Shown one piece after another: positions 1 through 12,667 of a stretch of DNA of 64,000 nt; the stretch's first letter is position 1; every line of letters begins with the position of its first letter. The DNA is from Somniosus microcephalus. Its lineage: Eukaryota. The stretch is from contig CM126229.1 of NCBI GenBank assembly GCA_052327205.1, forward strand, positions 23,808,001 through 23,872,000. The letters run 5' to 3'. The position numbers and the translations under genes are program-made. Below the pieces are notes generated by a model. That model searched no databases. It was not told the DNA's origin and worked only from the letters and a program-made list of their open reading frames with translations.

Positions 1-250
1 GAACGTTATCAGACAAAAATTGACCTGAGCCACACCGAGAGATATTAGGACTGGTGAGCAAAAAGCTTGGTCAAAGGAGTTAGGTTTTAAGAAGCGTCTT
101 AAAGGAAAGAGAGGGGCGGAGCGGTTTAGGGAGGGAATTCTAGAGCTCGAGACCTAGTCAGCTGAAGGCACGGCCGCCAATGATGGGGTGATGAAAATCC
201 GGGATACACATGAGGCCAGAAATGGAGGCATGCAGAGGGTTGTAGGGCTG
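1..250 (-). mobile_element. L2-type LINE 3' fragment
   Basis: Matches the reverse complement of the L2-like tail at 24985-25340 (aaaagcttggtcaa...ggttttaag...cttaaagga); similar copy at 9900-10145. Boundaries approximate. Confidence 0.55.
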
Positions 251-1629
251 GAGGATGCACTCAGTTGTAGACAACTGTTAACAGGGGTTCAAGAAGGCGG
301 CCCACCACCGCCACCTCAGGGCAAACGAGCAATTGGCAATAAATGCTGCCCTTGCCAGCGACGCCCACATTCCGAGTGATTTTTTTAAAAAGTCCCAGGC
401 CAAGAGTCGGAGCTGAGAATATGAAAAAAGTGCTACATAGCAGCACCTTGTGGCCAGAATATGGAAATGCAGGCAAACATCAAACCTCGTTTTTATATAA
501 GAAAGCAAGCAAACCTTTTAATAGAGGAATTACACAGGGGTTTTGTGACTGGCAAAAACATTGCCCAAAGTTTTACCGAAGTGCACTAGGCAGGGAAAGC
601 CCCATCATAATGCTACCTATAAGCATCGCAGACACCATTAACATTGAAAAGGGGAAAATTTCACTATCGATTTATTAAAAAAAAAAATTGCAAGTAGTCT
701 AACATTTAATAATTCAAAGGGAAAGGCCCCAAAGCGTAATCAAATAAAGTATCTGCTCATAAATTGAAATTTGCATTCTACTTGTTTGTATACATACAGT
801 ACATTATTAGCGTTCTCTCGGAGCCAGTTTTTCAGGGGCCAAGAAACATTACCAAAGGATCACTCGAGGGCAGGAAACGTGGCAGCTTTATCAAAGTTGA
901 ATTTCAACTTTTGAATTGCATTGGAATGAACAGACTTCAAGGCTTTGACATTTTTACAGAGCCAAGAAAAATTACATTGGTGAATATTATGACGATAGCG
1001 TTAAAACGAACAGGTGTGGAATGAGAAGGCAGTTTGGTCCATCAAGCATGCTCCTTCTGTACATTCTGCAATCTACCCCACCAGTAAGCTCCTGAGAGAC
1101 AGAGTTCTGTCTAGATCCTTGATGTCTCCCTTTTTCAATGATGATTTTGGATTTGTACAAAATCAGTCCAGGAATTAACTGAAAACTTCTGCCAGAAATT
1201 CAGATAGATTTCTCATTGAGCTAGGCAGCATGACAGAGCATTATATTTACTTGGGCACACTACTTTCTGTTTCTATAATTCTATTGTCCTAATGTAATAT
1301 TGGCTCAATTATTCTTTCAACAGGTGTGCTTGGTGTATAAGTTTGTACAAGATGGTATTTATCCAGTGTGACTTTTTTGGAAATACAGGGGTGAGAAGGC
1401 AATAATCTCTTTGGTCCAGTAGACATCATTTAAATGAGAAATGCTCATGAGTAAAATGGTTAAATGAAATCTTAATGTACCAAAAAGGTTGCTATTGATT
1501 CCTTTGTGAATAAATTGCTTAGCTGTATCGCTCTAACACGAGTAAATGAATAGAATTCCTGCAGTAATTCGCCATACATCTATGGAATGTTTTAACGTGA
1601 CAAAGCATTGTATGTGCTGTTAATAAAAC

Positions 1630-2050
1630 GCTGCTTTATGCACCTCATTTATGCCTGTGATCCTCAGACTTGACATTTCCAATGCCCTCCACCAGTTTCC
1701 AAAACTGCACCCGATATAAGCTTCAATTCATTCGGAATTCTGCCACCCGCATCCCATCTCGCAGAAAGTCCTCCTCACCTGTTGTCCCCTTTCCTGCCGA
1801 CTCTCTCTGGTTCCCATTCTTCCGCACGTACACAAATCCTTTCACAACTTCACCCACAATGCCTTCCAGCCTTGTATCCTTTCTTTCATGGCCCAGCCTT
1901 CCCTCTCTAGTTCACGGTGTACTTCCTCCTTACACTTCAATTATCACTGGCAGAGTCTTCAGTCAACTCGCCCCCACATTCTGGAACACGCTCTCCACCT
2001 AACAAAAGCCTCCTTAAAACCTACCTCTTTGACCATGTCTTATCCCCTAA
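1630..2050 (+). mobile_element. Degenerate L2-type LINE 3' fragment
   Basis: Translation has L2-like C-terminal motifs (KLQFIRNSATRI; GRVFSQLAPTFWNTL) and ends in cttaaaacctacctctttgacc. Confidence 0.55.
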
Positions 2051-3139
2051 CTTTTTCCTCCTCCTCCTGCTTGGGTTAGACCCTGGAACGGTGAGGCACT
2101 CCAGTATAGTTTGTTACCTTACAGATGCTGTAAAAATGAATAATGTTTATGCTGTTGCTGTCGCCAGTGGGGACATGCATGCAAAAGGGGAAAAAAAGGC
2201 TGAATCTGGTTGATGGAAATCTGAACTGAACAGACCAAAAATTGCAGCGTCTTGCTGCTTAAGCAATTTGGATGACTTGACGGCAGAGCTGAGGAATTGA
2301 GAAGTAAGGAGCAACTTGTGCAGGGATGTCGGAACCATGCAACCACTGAATAAAAGTGAAAAAGATAATACATTTGTCTGTTCAGGACTCTCGACTGCCC
2401 TGGTTTTAACATGTCCAAGCTTCCATTATGTTCAGAATAAGATCAGGTGATGCATTTAAAAGCAAAGAAGCTTGCTGAAGCTCTTGGAAAAAGAAGACGT
2501 TGATCTTAACCATGGTTGGCTGTCCAGATTCGAGCAGACAGACAGCGTGTCATTGTGTTTAAAGATGCACACAGCACAATGAAAGAGGCTGATGAGTGGA
2601 TGTGCACTCTTATGCCCCAGCCACATGCACAACTAACAAACATTGCATCTTCTGGAATTATATCCGATTAAATATTTATCTTCAAAGATGAAAAACATTG
2701 GAATTAAGAAAACAGATGAAAGTCTTGATGTTCTGCGCTAATATTGGTGGTGGTAGCAGAATGACGCTCATGGTTTTTTTTTGTGGGGTCAACATTTCCT
2801 GTCATATTGGGGAAAATTGATGTGTGGATGGCTGCTAGTGTTCATTCTGTCTAAGTGGTTTAGTTTGTGAAATGGTAGAAAAATGGAAGATTGCATTGAT
2901 CATGGGACAGTTTTCAATGCCCATCCTCGTATCAACCAACTTAAGCAATAAATAGCTGATTTACCAGCCGCAACGTCACTGATCCACGTCATTGAATGGC
3001 GCTATTGTTTGCAGCTTTCCTCCCTTCACCTTCCTGAAGATGTTGACTTCTTCCTGGAGTGCATTTCCATGGGTGCCAGGTACCCCCTCATACCTCGCCT
3101 AAGTGGTCACTATTTATGAGCAAGCCTAGTGTGTCGGCT

Positions 3140-3510
3140 TGGCTTAGTAACTAATGCTCTTGGCTCTGACAGTTATGGTTTCGAGCCCTATTACGGAATT
3201 GAGCACATGTTCTAGATTGGCGCTTCAGTGCAGTATTGAGGGAGTGCTGCACTGTTGGATGTGCCACCTGCCTACTCCAGTGGATGGAAAAAGATCTTGC
3301 GGCACTATTTGAAGAGGAGCTGGGAGTTCTCCCGTTGCCATGGCCAAGTTTCCTCCCTCGACCAACAGGAGCAAGCAAAATTGTCAGATCGTTTGCTGTG
3401 CGTAAATTACTTGCTATTTTTGCCTACTTAACGGGATTGCACATCAAAATAAGAAGTGCTTTGGGCAGTCCTGAGGACGTGATGAAGTGCTAATATAAAT
3501 GCAAATGCTT
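3140..3510 (+). mobile_element. Degenerate tRNA-derived Deu-domain SINE
   Basis: Box B-like ggtttcgagccc, core cagtgcagtattgagggagtgctgcactgt shared with 52372-52825, L2-like tail atataaatgcaa. Confidence 0.55.
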
Positions 3511-3841
3511 TTTTCTTAACTACAGACCAGGGATCAAACCAAGGCTTTAAGTCTCAGTTACTAACTGGATATGGCCCGAGCCATTCGAGAACTACTTATC
3601 TGAAACTTTGAGACTATACGGGTACTAACCACGTGCGAAAATCAGGTTTTTTTCTTTGCAATGCAAGTTCTGCCACTAGAAAGGACATTGCGAAGAAATA
3701 TCCGAATATGTTGGACCAGATATGAATTGGGCCAGTTTTGAACTGATGAATCAAAGTGTGGAGATGCCGGTGTTGGACTGGGGTGGACAAATGTAAGAAG
3801 TCACACAACACCCGGTTATAGTCCAACAGTTTTATTTGAAA

Positions 3842-3878
3842 TCACAAGCTTTCGGAGCGCTGCTCCTTCGTCAGGTGA
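3842..3878 (-). ncRNA. Minimal type-I hammerhead ribozyme (Penelope-associated)
   Basis: Minus strand reads TCAC-CTGACGA-A-GGAGC-AGC-GCTCC-GAAA-GCTT-GTGA: intact CUGANGA/GAAA core, 5-bp stem II, stem I TCAC/GTGA, palindromic AAGCTT in place of stem III. Confidence 0.75.
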
Positions 3879-4067
3879 AGTGGAGAGATGCATAAAAACA
3901 CAGCTTTTGTAGTCAGAGAATAATGCCAGATGATTACAGATAATGTTTCTAACTGCCATTTATCACACCTCGGCAGAGAGATAATCACAGCAATCAAAGG
4001 TGTGAATGGTGTCCAAACAGGTCAGTCAGGAAAACATTACATCAAAGAACAATGAGGTGGGGTTACA

Positions 4068-4216
4068 AGGGGTAAAATGTTGCAGATGCTGGGGTCTGTA
4101 TGAAAAACAAAAAACAGACAAAAAACATTTTCTTTGCTGGAAATCACAGCAGGTCTGGCCGCATCTGTGTAGAGAGAACAAGCCAACGACGACTCGAGTC
4201 TGGATGACCCTACGTC
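4068..4216 (-). mobile_element. Short Penelope 3'-UTR-like insertion with 13-bp target-site duplication
   Basis: Flanked by AGGTGGGGTTACA at 4055-4067 and 4217-4229; body resembles the PLE 3' ends at 18596-18870 and 61346-61480. Confidence 0.65.
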
Positions 4217-6242
4217 AGGTGGGGTTACATGTAGCGTGACATGAACCCAAGATCCCAGTTGAGGCCGTCCTCATGAGTGCGGAACTTGGCTATCCGTTTC
4301 TGCTCTACGATTTTGCGTTGTCGTGTGTCTCAAAGGCCGCCTTGGAGAATGCTTACCCGAAGATCGGAGGCTGAATGTCCTTGACTGCTGAAGTTGAATC
4401 AAAGGTGCATTGAATCTTTGACAATTGGCCACATCCAGTCCTGCTGCCCAAATTTCCCTGCTTCAGTCAGTTGTCCATCCTCAAGCTGACCATGCTGAGT
4501 TCTTGGGCAAGGTCCAGTTTGGCCGTGGTTCGGACTGGATGTTGAACTCTGGTCTCCCAACAACCAAGCCAATAATCCAGTGGTGTAGCTACTGGGCTGT
4601 CTCTCTTGTGTATTCCATTTTCTTTGTTCATAGTGAATGTTTTGAGTTTGACTGATGTGAAGGGTAGCCGTACTAGAGAATGGAATATCATCAGAATCAA
4701 GCACTGCAGGCGGTACATACATAGAGCTCCCTGTACTCTGCTCTCGTCAAGCTGTAATGGTGGATCTATAGAAAACCTCAGTAAGCTCACAGTCACAGTA
4801 CTGTGAAGTTTTGGCTCCAAACTCTAGGAAGGATATTGAGGCAATGGAAATGATACAGCACAGGTTCATTAGGATGCTGCCTGCCATGAATAAATAACAA
4901 ATATGAAGACTCTCAGATTGGGCAGTTTTTGTTCGAGCGGAAAAGATTACGAAGTGACGTGATAAAGGTTTTCAAAGTTGTGAATGGATGGGACGGGGGA
5001 AAAATAATGAGTAACAAACATCTCCTGCAGACTTTGAGATATTTAAAGGTTGGGAGGGGGGGAGGATGTTACTTAAAACTGAAAGTACTTTCCTCCCCCA
5101 GTCGAACTTCCTTTACTTCTAATTTCCATTTTTGAATTTTGTGCACACACCCAGGAGGTGATTTTTGAAGGGAAAGTAATCAGAACTGTACCATCATCGA
5201 CAACCTGTAAATCACAAATTATATAGTGAAGAATATTTTGCATAGCCTAAGGTTGCCAGCACTTTCAGCAAAGTTAATTTTTCTGCGATTTAATTAATCT
5301 ACAGAAAAATGTGTAGCCCCAGAGTACAGTAGCCTATTGGATATGGTGCTTGACTAGCATCCCAAAGCTCGTGTGTTCAATCTGGCCGTGGCAAATTGTG
5401 AAATTTGGTAACCTGTGGGCTGGCACCAGAAAAAGAACCATGAAAGCTCCTGGATTGTTGTACAAACCCGACAAGTTCACAAATATCCTTCAGGGAAGGG
5501 AGCCTGTTGCCACTACCCGGTCTGGCCCTGCGTGTGACTCCAGTCCCTCATTACACGGTTGACTCTTAATGCCTTTTGAAAGTAGCTTAGAAAACCACTC
5601 AGTTGTAAACCATCTCTCTAATGTTCAGTAATAAGAATTTCCTATCTAACACCGTTACGGGAGCACCATAACTCTGAGGATTGCAGCAATTCAAAGAGAA
5701 GGCTCAACATCACATTCTCGAGGCAACGACAGATGAGCTGACATTCCGATATCAAATTTAAAAAAAACACAATTGCCGTGATCCAGCACTTGTAACCTCA
5801 TACAACACAATGCAAATAACTGCAGCTGTTTGCACCCCTTAGAGTAAGCAAGTAAATTAACACCCCGGAGTCAACAAAAGCAAATTCAAATTTATTACTT
5901 GCTTTCAGCATCATTGCCACCCCGTATCGTTTTATACCTGTGACCTACAGCTCCGATTCTGTTGCTGCGATTTTACATTAGAGACCGTTGTATGTTGACA
6001 GTTTGATCTTGAAACAAAGACGGTGAATTTAAACATACAGCGACCCTGGCCTACATAATTATCACTAGGTTTGATTGAAAATGTCCTGATATGCCGTAAG
6101 TACATTAGAGATGTATATTGATTTTAAACCAAATGTCTACAATTATTTATGTTGAAACTATAATGTCGGCAGTGTTTGCTAACTGGGCTCAAACTGGAAA
6201 TAGTCGGTTCTGAATCATATGGATTTTAACTTGGTAGTTTTA

Positions 6243-7573
6243 ACATAGAAACATAGAAGATAGGAGCAGGAGTAGGCCATTCGGCCCCTCGGGCCTGCTC
6301 CGCCATTCAATGAGATCATGGCTGATCATCCAAATTCAGTACCCTGTCCCTGCCTTCTCCCCATATCCCTTGATCCCTTTAGCCTTAAGAAATATATCCA
6401 ACTCCTCCTTTAATATATTTAATGAACTGGCCTCCACTGCCCTCTGGCAGAGAATTCCACAGGTTCACCACTCTCTGGGTGAAGAAACTCCTCATTTCAG
6501 TCCTAAATGGCTTACCCCTTATCCTTAGACTATGACCCCTGGTTCTGGACTCCCCGGCCATCGGAAACATCCTTCCTGCATCTAGTCTGTCCAGGCCTGA
6601 CAGAATTTTATAGGTTTCGATGAGATCCCCTCTCAATCTTCTAAACTCCAGTGAGTATAAGCCCAATCGACACAATCTCTCCTCATACGTCATTCTTGCC
6701 ATCCCAGGTATCAGCCTGGTGAATCTTCGCTGCACTCCCTCCATGGCAAGAACGTCCTTCCTCAGATAAGGCGACCAAAACTGCACACAATACTCAAGGT
6801 GCGGTCTCACCAAGGCCCTGTACAACTGTAGCAAGACATCCTTGTTCCTGTACTCGAACCCTCTTGCTACGAAGGCCAACATACTATTTGCCTTCTTAAC
6901 CGCCTGCTGCACCTGCATGCTTACCTTCAGCGACTGGTGCACAAGAACACCCAGGTCTCTTTGCACTTCCCCTTCTCCCAATCTATTGCCATTCAAATAA
7001 TAGTCTGCCTTCCTGTTTTTGCCACCAAAGTGGATAACCTCACATTTATCCACATTATAGTGCATTTGCCATGTTTCTGCCCAATCACCCAACCTGTCCA
7101 AATCGTACTGGAGTTTCACGACATCCTCCTCACAGCACACACACCCACCCAGCTTTGTGTCGTCTGCAAATTTGGAGATACTACATCCAATTCCCTCGTC
7201 CAGATCATTAATATATATTGTGAACAGCTGGGGTCCTAGGACCGATCCTTGCGGTACCCCACTAGTCACTGCCTGCCACTTGGAAAATGACCCGTTTATT
7301 CCAACTCTTTGTTTTCTATCCGCCAACCAGTTCTCTATCCAAGTCAGTACCTTGCCCCCAATCCCATGTGCCTTAATTTTGCACGCTAATCTCTTAAGCG
7401 GGACCTTATCGAAAGCCTTCTGAAAGTCCAAATATATCACATCCACTGGTTCTCCCTTATCTATTTTACCAGTTACATCCTCAAAAAATTCCAGTAGGTT
7501 AGTCAAGCACGATTTCCTTTTTGTAAATCCATGTTGACTTTGTCCGATCCCGTCACTGCTTTCCAAGTGCTCT
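6243..7573 (-). mobile_element. CR1 LINE, 5'-truncated, reverse transcriptase C-terminal half
   Basis: ORF 6385-7566: QHGFTKRKSCLTNL, YLDFQKAFDKV, GVPQGSVLGP, KFADDTK, RPHLEYCVQFWSP; 3' tail ggccgaatggcctactcctgctcct plus (TTCTATG)n. Confidence 0.95.
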
Positions 7574-7802
7574 CAAAGTACAGTTAATTTTACTGAGATT
7601 CTTTTATTTTTTTTAAATAGTTGATTATAGGGTTTCACAAAGTTCTCTGCATATGCTGAATGCTAGGAAACTACTTTGGAACATCACTCTAATGGGCAGG
7701 TCTAAATCAGCTGGATGTTTTTTGATTGTACTGTCAAAAGTAACCAAATGGTGTGTAGTTTAATTACCTGACCTGTTGAGTCTGCTAGATGAGTCTCATC
7801 TC

Positions 7803-8314
7803 ACAGTTCTTTTACCACTGCACAATAGAGAGCATCCTGACGAACTGTATCACAGTGTGGTATGGAAGCTGTAGCTCCGACGTCGGAAAGCCCTGCAGCG
7901 GGTAGTCAAAACTGCCCAACGCATACCCGGCTACCGACCATAGAGAACATCTACCAGAAACGCTGTTTACGGAGGTCACGGTCCATCATCAAAGACCCTA
8001 CCCACCCCAGCCACAGTTTGTTCGCCCCCCTGCCATCTGGGAGACGCTACAGATGCATTCGCACCCGAACGACCAGATTTAGGAACAGCTTCTTTCCCAG
8101 GGCTGTCATCCTACTGAACTCTACAAATAAACTCTAAAGCCTGCGCATCTGCCAATGCACTTTATTATGGTTATGTATTACAAGCCAAATGAATGTTGAA
8201 TGTTAAATGTCTTAATCAAAATGTACACTCTCGGGAGCCGCAAGCCTACATTTCGTTGTACTGCACTTGTGCACTAACAATGACAATAAAGTAGTTTATT
8301 ATTATTATTATTAT
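7803..8314 (+). mobile_element. Rex1/Babar-type LINE 3' fragment
   Basis: FYHCTIESILTNCITVWYG...IIKDPTHPSHSLFAPLPSGRRYRCIRTRTTRFRNSFFPRAV is the typical Rex/Babar ORF end; followed by AATAAA and a (TTA)n tail. Confidence 0.8.
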
Positions 8315-8348
8315 TTCTTTCTTTTTCTTCCTTTTCAGGAGTTCTGAG

Positions 8349-9453
8349 ATGGATACCAGTGAAGAGCTTCCAAAAAAAGTCTTCAAGGCCAGAAAAACAA
8401 TGCGCGCAAGTGACCGACAACAGCTAGAGGCTATCTATAAAAGCAGAGACGAGCTTTTAAAAACAAATGAAGAGACCAAAACTAAACTGTGTAATGGTAG
8501 ACATGAAAACGGAGATTCTGACGGCAAAGCCTCACTAAATACTAACTGCATGGATAATACAGACATTGATAGCATTAATGATGTGAGGCTGGGCCCAGAG
8601 GAACTGCAAGGCAACCCTATTGATGAACTTAGTAAGACACAAACACCTGAACTAAGCTTTGCTGAAAAATGTCTAAATGAAGATAAGGACTTAAGCCCAC
8701 AAGATGAAAAAATGGACTCGACACCCCCAGTTGCTGAAGATGAACAGATTTCCACTGGGAGTGCGGGAAACCAAGTTTTGGTAGACGCTGAGAGCAAAGG
8801 AGATGACGCTGTGGAACCAGAGTCTGTCGAGTTGAAGCAGGATTCTTTAATTGCAGATAAATCATGTACTGATTCCCAGAGCCTTTCAGAAGAGGAAAAA
8901 CCTCCTTCTGTTGGTGACAGCAGGAGTCAGGAAGTACCAGATGAAAGTAGCCTTAAGTTACAGTCTTCCTCTTCCTCTGTGAGAGAAAAGGAAGACCATG
9001 AAAGATCATTGGACATTAGTGAAGAGGCAATTACAAGTAGCATAGAATCTGTGCAGGAGAAAAATGATTGTGAAAGCTCTAAGATGGAGTGTGCAGAGAC
9101 TGAAAGTGAGATTGCAACAAAAGACAAATTAAGTGAGAACAAATCGGGTGGGAAGAGCCAACTGGAAATAGAAGAAATAATCCCTATTTTGGAGAAATTG
9201 GCCCCAGAGAAAGACAATGAATTATCCAGTATGCAAGACATTGTTCCTGCAGTGGATTCCCCGTCACCAAAGGACAGTCCATTGAAAGACATGCAGGACG
9301 AGCAGATGGACACCTCTCCAAGCAGTTCTCCAAAAGAGGAGTGCAATGGCAACTTGCCAGAGGAGGCATTCCTCGTCTTATCAGACGAGGATGAGCCACT
9401 AATTGAGAATCAAACAGAAAGTGAAGAGCTGGTACCAAAAAATGATAGTCCAG
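8349..9453 (+). CDS. ATF7IP: ATF7IP (MCAF1) first coding exon; exon starts at 8339
   Basis: MDTSEELPKKVFKARKTMRASDRQQLEAIYK matches the vertebrate ATF7IP N-terminus; acidic region with EEIIPILEKLAP and AFLVLSDED motifs; acceptor cttttcag|8339; donor 9453|gtatgc, phase 1. Confidence 0.95.
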
Positions 9454-9899
9454 GTATGCTTGTTTGGTGTCGGCCATGTGTCTTCCTGCTCAAAATATTC
9501 TGGATGTAATTTGATGCTAAATTTCAAGGGACTGGTTGCCCTTTCGCTTATGAGTCCTGCCTTCACCCAGTTATAAATGTCCTATGTTTTTAAAAAAAAA
9601 AAAAAAAAATTAATTTTAATTGGACGGTTTCAGTCCGGTTTTGAGTGGCTATGACTCGCTCATAATTTGGTGACAAGGATGGCTAGCATGTAAAAGTGGG
9701 AATTTAACATTGCAGGTGTGGGTATTCTGTGAGATTGTATATTGTCGGCACAGAGTAGAGAAAGTTTTACTCTCTAGCTGATGTGGTATGAATGGTCTAG
9801 GGGTGAAAAAAGAGAACATAACTGCATTTCTCAGCATGGAAATACCTTCCTTTTAAGTTTTTAAAATAATTGATACCAAGTGTGTGTGTGTGAGAGCGA

Positions 9900-10145
9900 C
9901 CGCAACTTGCATTGGTGTAGCGCCTTTAATTAGAAAAATGTCTGAAGGTGCTTCATAGAGGCATAATCAGATTTTGAAAATGGACACTGAGCCAAAGGAG
10001 AAGGTGTTTGGAGCGGTGATCAAAAGCTTGTTCGGAGGTGGGTTTTAAGGAGGGCCTTAAAGGAGATGGAGGGGTTTAGGAAGGGTGTTTCCAGAGTGTG
10101 GGGCCCAGCTGGCTGAAGGCAGGCCTCCAATGGGTGAAGGGAAGG
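9900..10145 (-). mobile_element. L2-type LINE 3' fragment
   Basis: Similar to 1-250 and to the reverse complement of 24985-25340. Confidence 0.5.
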
Positions 10146-12667
10146 AAAGATTGTCAAGAGGACAGCCATGTATAAAACTGAGTCGTTTCATAGACTAAAT
10201 GTGATTGTTAACTTTTTGCTAAGAATTAAACATAGAACTGTTAAATGCACATGTTTGTAGTAGACTACAAATGCTGTTAGGCGGAGGAAGGAGAACATGG
10301 GGATCAGTGATACTATTGCCCACAGCACAAAGCATGTTTATCAGTTGATATTGCTCTCCCCGGCTATATCGAACGCCTTGTTTTGGTCAGCTGTTCCTTA
10401 CCTGCCATTAGCAGCACGATGCTGTGTCTCATTGTGGGGACAAAGAGTTCTTTTTCATTGTTTTATCAGTGCCGTGTTTTTAACTTGGTTGATCCTTGTA
10501 ACTTTGGTATCGGTCCAATGGGGTTTACCTCGCCATGGTTCACTCTTCGGTCTGTAGTCAAAACCAACTCCCAGTTTTAAGATATGCATCTGAATCCTTC
10601 CCAATAAGTAAGAAGCACAATGCATCTCTTCCATCATCGCACAACCATTATATGGAGTATAAAAAGCGAACCCTCTGTCTCGGCAATTAAATGCATTGCT
10701 TGGTGTGGGTCTGGGTTAAGGAGGGAAAGATCAGCCAACCGCGCCATGCAGCTATCTAGTCCTTGCTGGTAAGTACACATGAGGACAGAATTAGCCTCGC
10801 TGTGATCAACTCAAGGGTGAGTAGTTTGTCGATGGCTGCTGTTGCTGTTCTGGAATACTGGCTGGCCACTTAGACAAGATAACGTGGGACTGCTTGTAGC
10901 TGTGAAACCGCATCCCAACATGATTCACTTTCTTTGGGGGTGTGGGGCGCGGGGGCTGCGGGCGAGGCAGGAGCGTGAAAAACAATATAAAGTTATGGAA
11001 TGGGAAAAGGAGAGTTTGCCCATCAAGTTCCACTCCTCCCACAGACAACGTACAATCCTACTTCATGACGGAATACAACTCGTTGATGGAACCTAAAAGC
11101 AGACATTGAGAAAAGGGTCATCGAATGTGAAGGCTCTTTCAAATTCTGGCTAATGACTTGAAGACTGGTTCATTGGCTGGCAGGCAATCCTGGCTGCAAA
11201 GCTGTGACCAAGCTCAGTTCTTCAGCTGCAGAGACATTTTGGTTCCTTGCCTCCATAGAGGTACACTTGAGCTCTGTAAATGAGATGGAGAAAATCAAGC
11301 CTACGGGTGCAGGTGTCCCGACTGAATATCACTCAGCGCCTGTTGCTGTGACTGGTGAGAATGTGTGCTGACTGTGGTGCACGTGACTTTCTCCAGAATT
11401 GGTCACAAGGCTGCTCAACTTTCAAACTTAGCAACTGTTCCAGCACGGGTCTGCCCAATTTTCACCAAGTTTTACTATTCTCACTGGCACACAGTTATCA
11501 ACACCATCCAAAGCAGTCATTTGGGTTCAGCCTGGGTACCGATCCAGGTCAGTATCAGCACACAGGAACAACGATGGGCTGCGATGGCTCCTATTGAGGG
11601 CATGGCCCTCCTTGCAAGAGGAGGACCTTTTTCAGCTGTTGAGTTTGACTCGGCTTATTGATAGCTTTTTTATTTAAAGATGGTTTTGCAGTTGCAGCTC
11701 CAGCCCAGGCGATGCAGACTCTGGCTTCTGCCACTGCCAGAGCAGTTCCAGTATTTCCCAATACTGCTGTGTTCTCGGCTCTGTCTGAATTCTGAGGTCA
11801 GTAGCTGTTTTGCCAAACTCCAAGAAAACTTCCCTCACCTTGGGGAGGAGCTTTGTCATTCAACGTTTTCCTCAGGCAAAACCTTGGGTTTCATTTGACC
11901 ATTCCACGAGTGGAGAAGCATTCATTTGACTCTACACGCTTTTAAATCCAGTCTATAAATTGCCTCCCAATAAATAAGGACCCTGGATTCCAGTAAAGAT
12001 TCTGGAGAAGACTCCAGGTCAGGCATTGCCAAGCTCTATTAGAGCTATTCGTATCGGCAGAGGCAACAAACATCAGTCTCCGATAACCATGTATACGATG
12101 ACACTGACTTGGTATATTGGATTTGTTCTGTTTTAACCTGTATTCAGCTGTTTTTATGTGACCTGACTGAGTTTACATAGATAATAAAGAACAGCTGGGA
12201 TGAAGGTTGTTACAAGTTTGGGTTCTGCGTTCAATATTCTCTCCGGTACAGAAGTGCTGGTCACACCCACAAGTGGTCTGAGTGTCTTGTGCTTGGGGGC
12301 TCTGCCAATGCTGCCTGATACAATAGTGTATAGAGAGTCGGGACCCCCCTCCTTTGTGATCCAAACTAGATGTTGTCTTTTGCACAGGCCCCCCTTCATG
12401 TGCTTCTCCAGTCTTTTCGTAAGTGTACTGAGAAATACTTGGTGAAACAAGATCAAATATAAACCATTAAGCTGCTTTGTTTCAACAACTGCAGGTGAAC
12501 ATAGATTCGCAGTCAAAGTAAATTCTACTTGGTTAACTCAATCTCACTTCAGTCCTCAAAAAGGTGAAAAATAATCAACTACACTGCCCCTTTTGTGGTC
12601 AAGCTGACTGACAAATTTTTGCTTGCCACCTTCTCCAGACAAGGTTCTAATTCCAAGACCTGACCTT

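Larger units (their letters stand above)
3752..4395 (-). mobile_element. Penelope-like element 3' fragment
   Basis: Minus strand 4220-4395 translates to a GIY-YIG-type C-terminus (FSSQGHSASDLRVSILQGGL*DTRQRKIVEQKRIAKFRTHEDGLN), followed by a 3' region with a hammerhead core. Confidence 0.75.

Noticed and set aside
8435-9477. Antisense ORFs over the ATF7IP exon (similarly over 40325-42671)
   Set aside because: Shadow frames of a real coding exon with no recognisable motifs.
9454-9509. ORF tail MLVWCRPCVFLLKIFWM of the 386-aa ORF
   Set aside because: Lies after the gtatgc donor; intron read-through.
11000-12100. GC-balanced stretch that looks like decayed coding or TE sequence (also 35100-36350)
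   Set aside because: No recognisable protein motif in any frame; cannot be assigned without a search.
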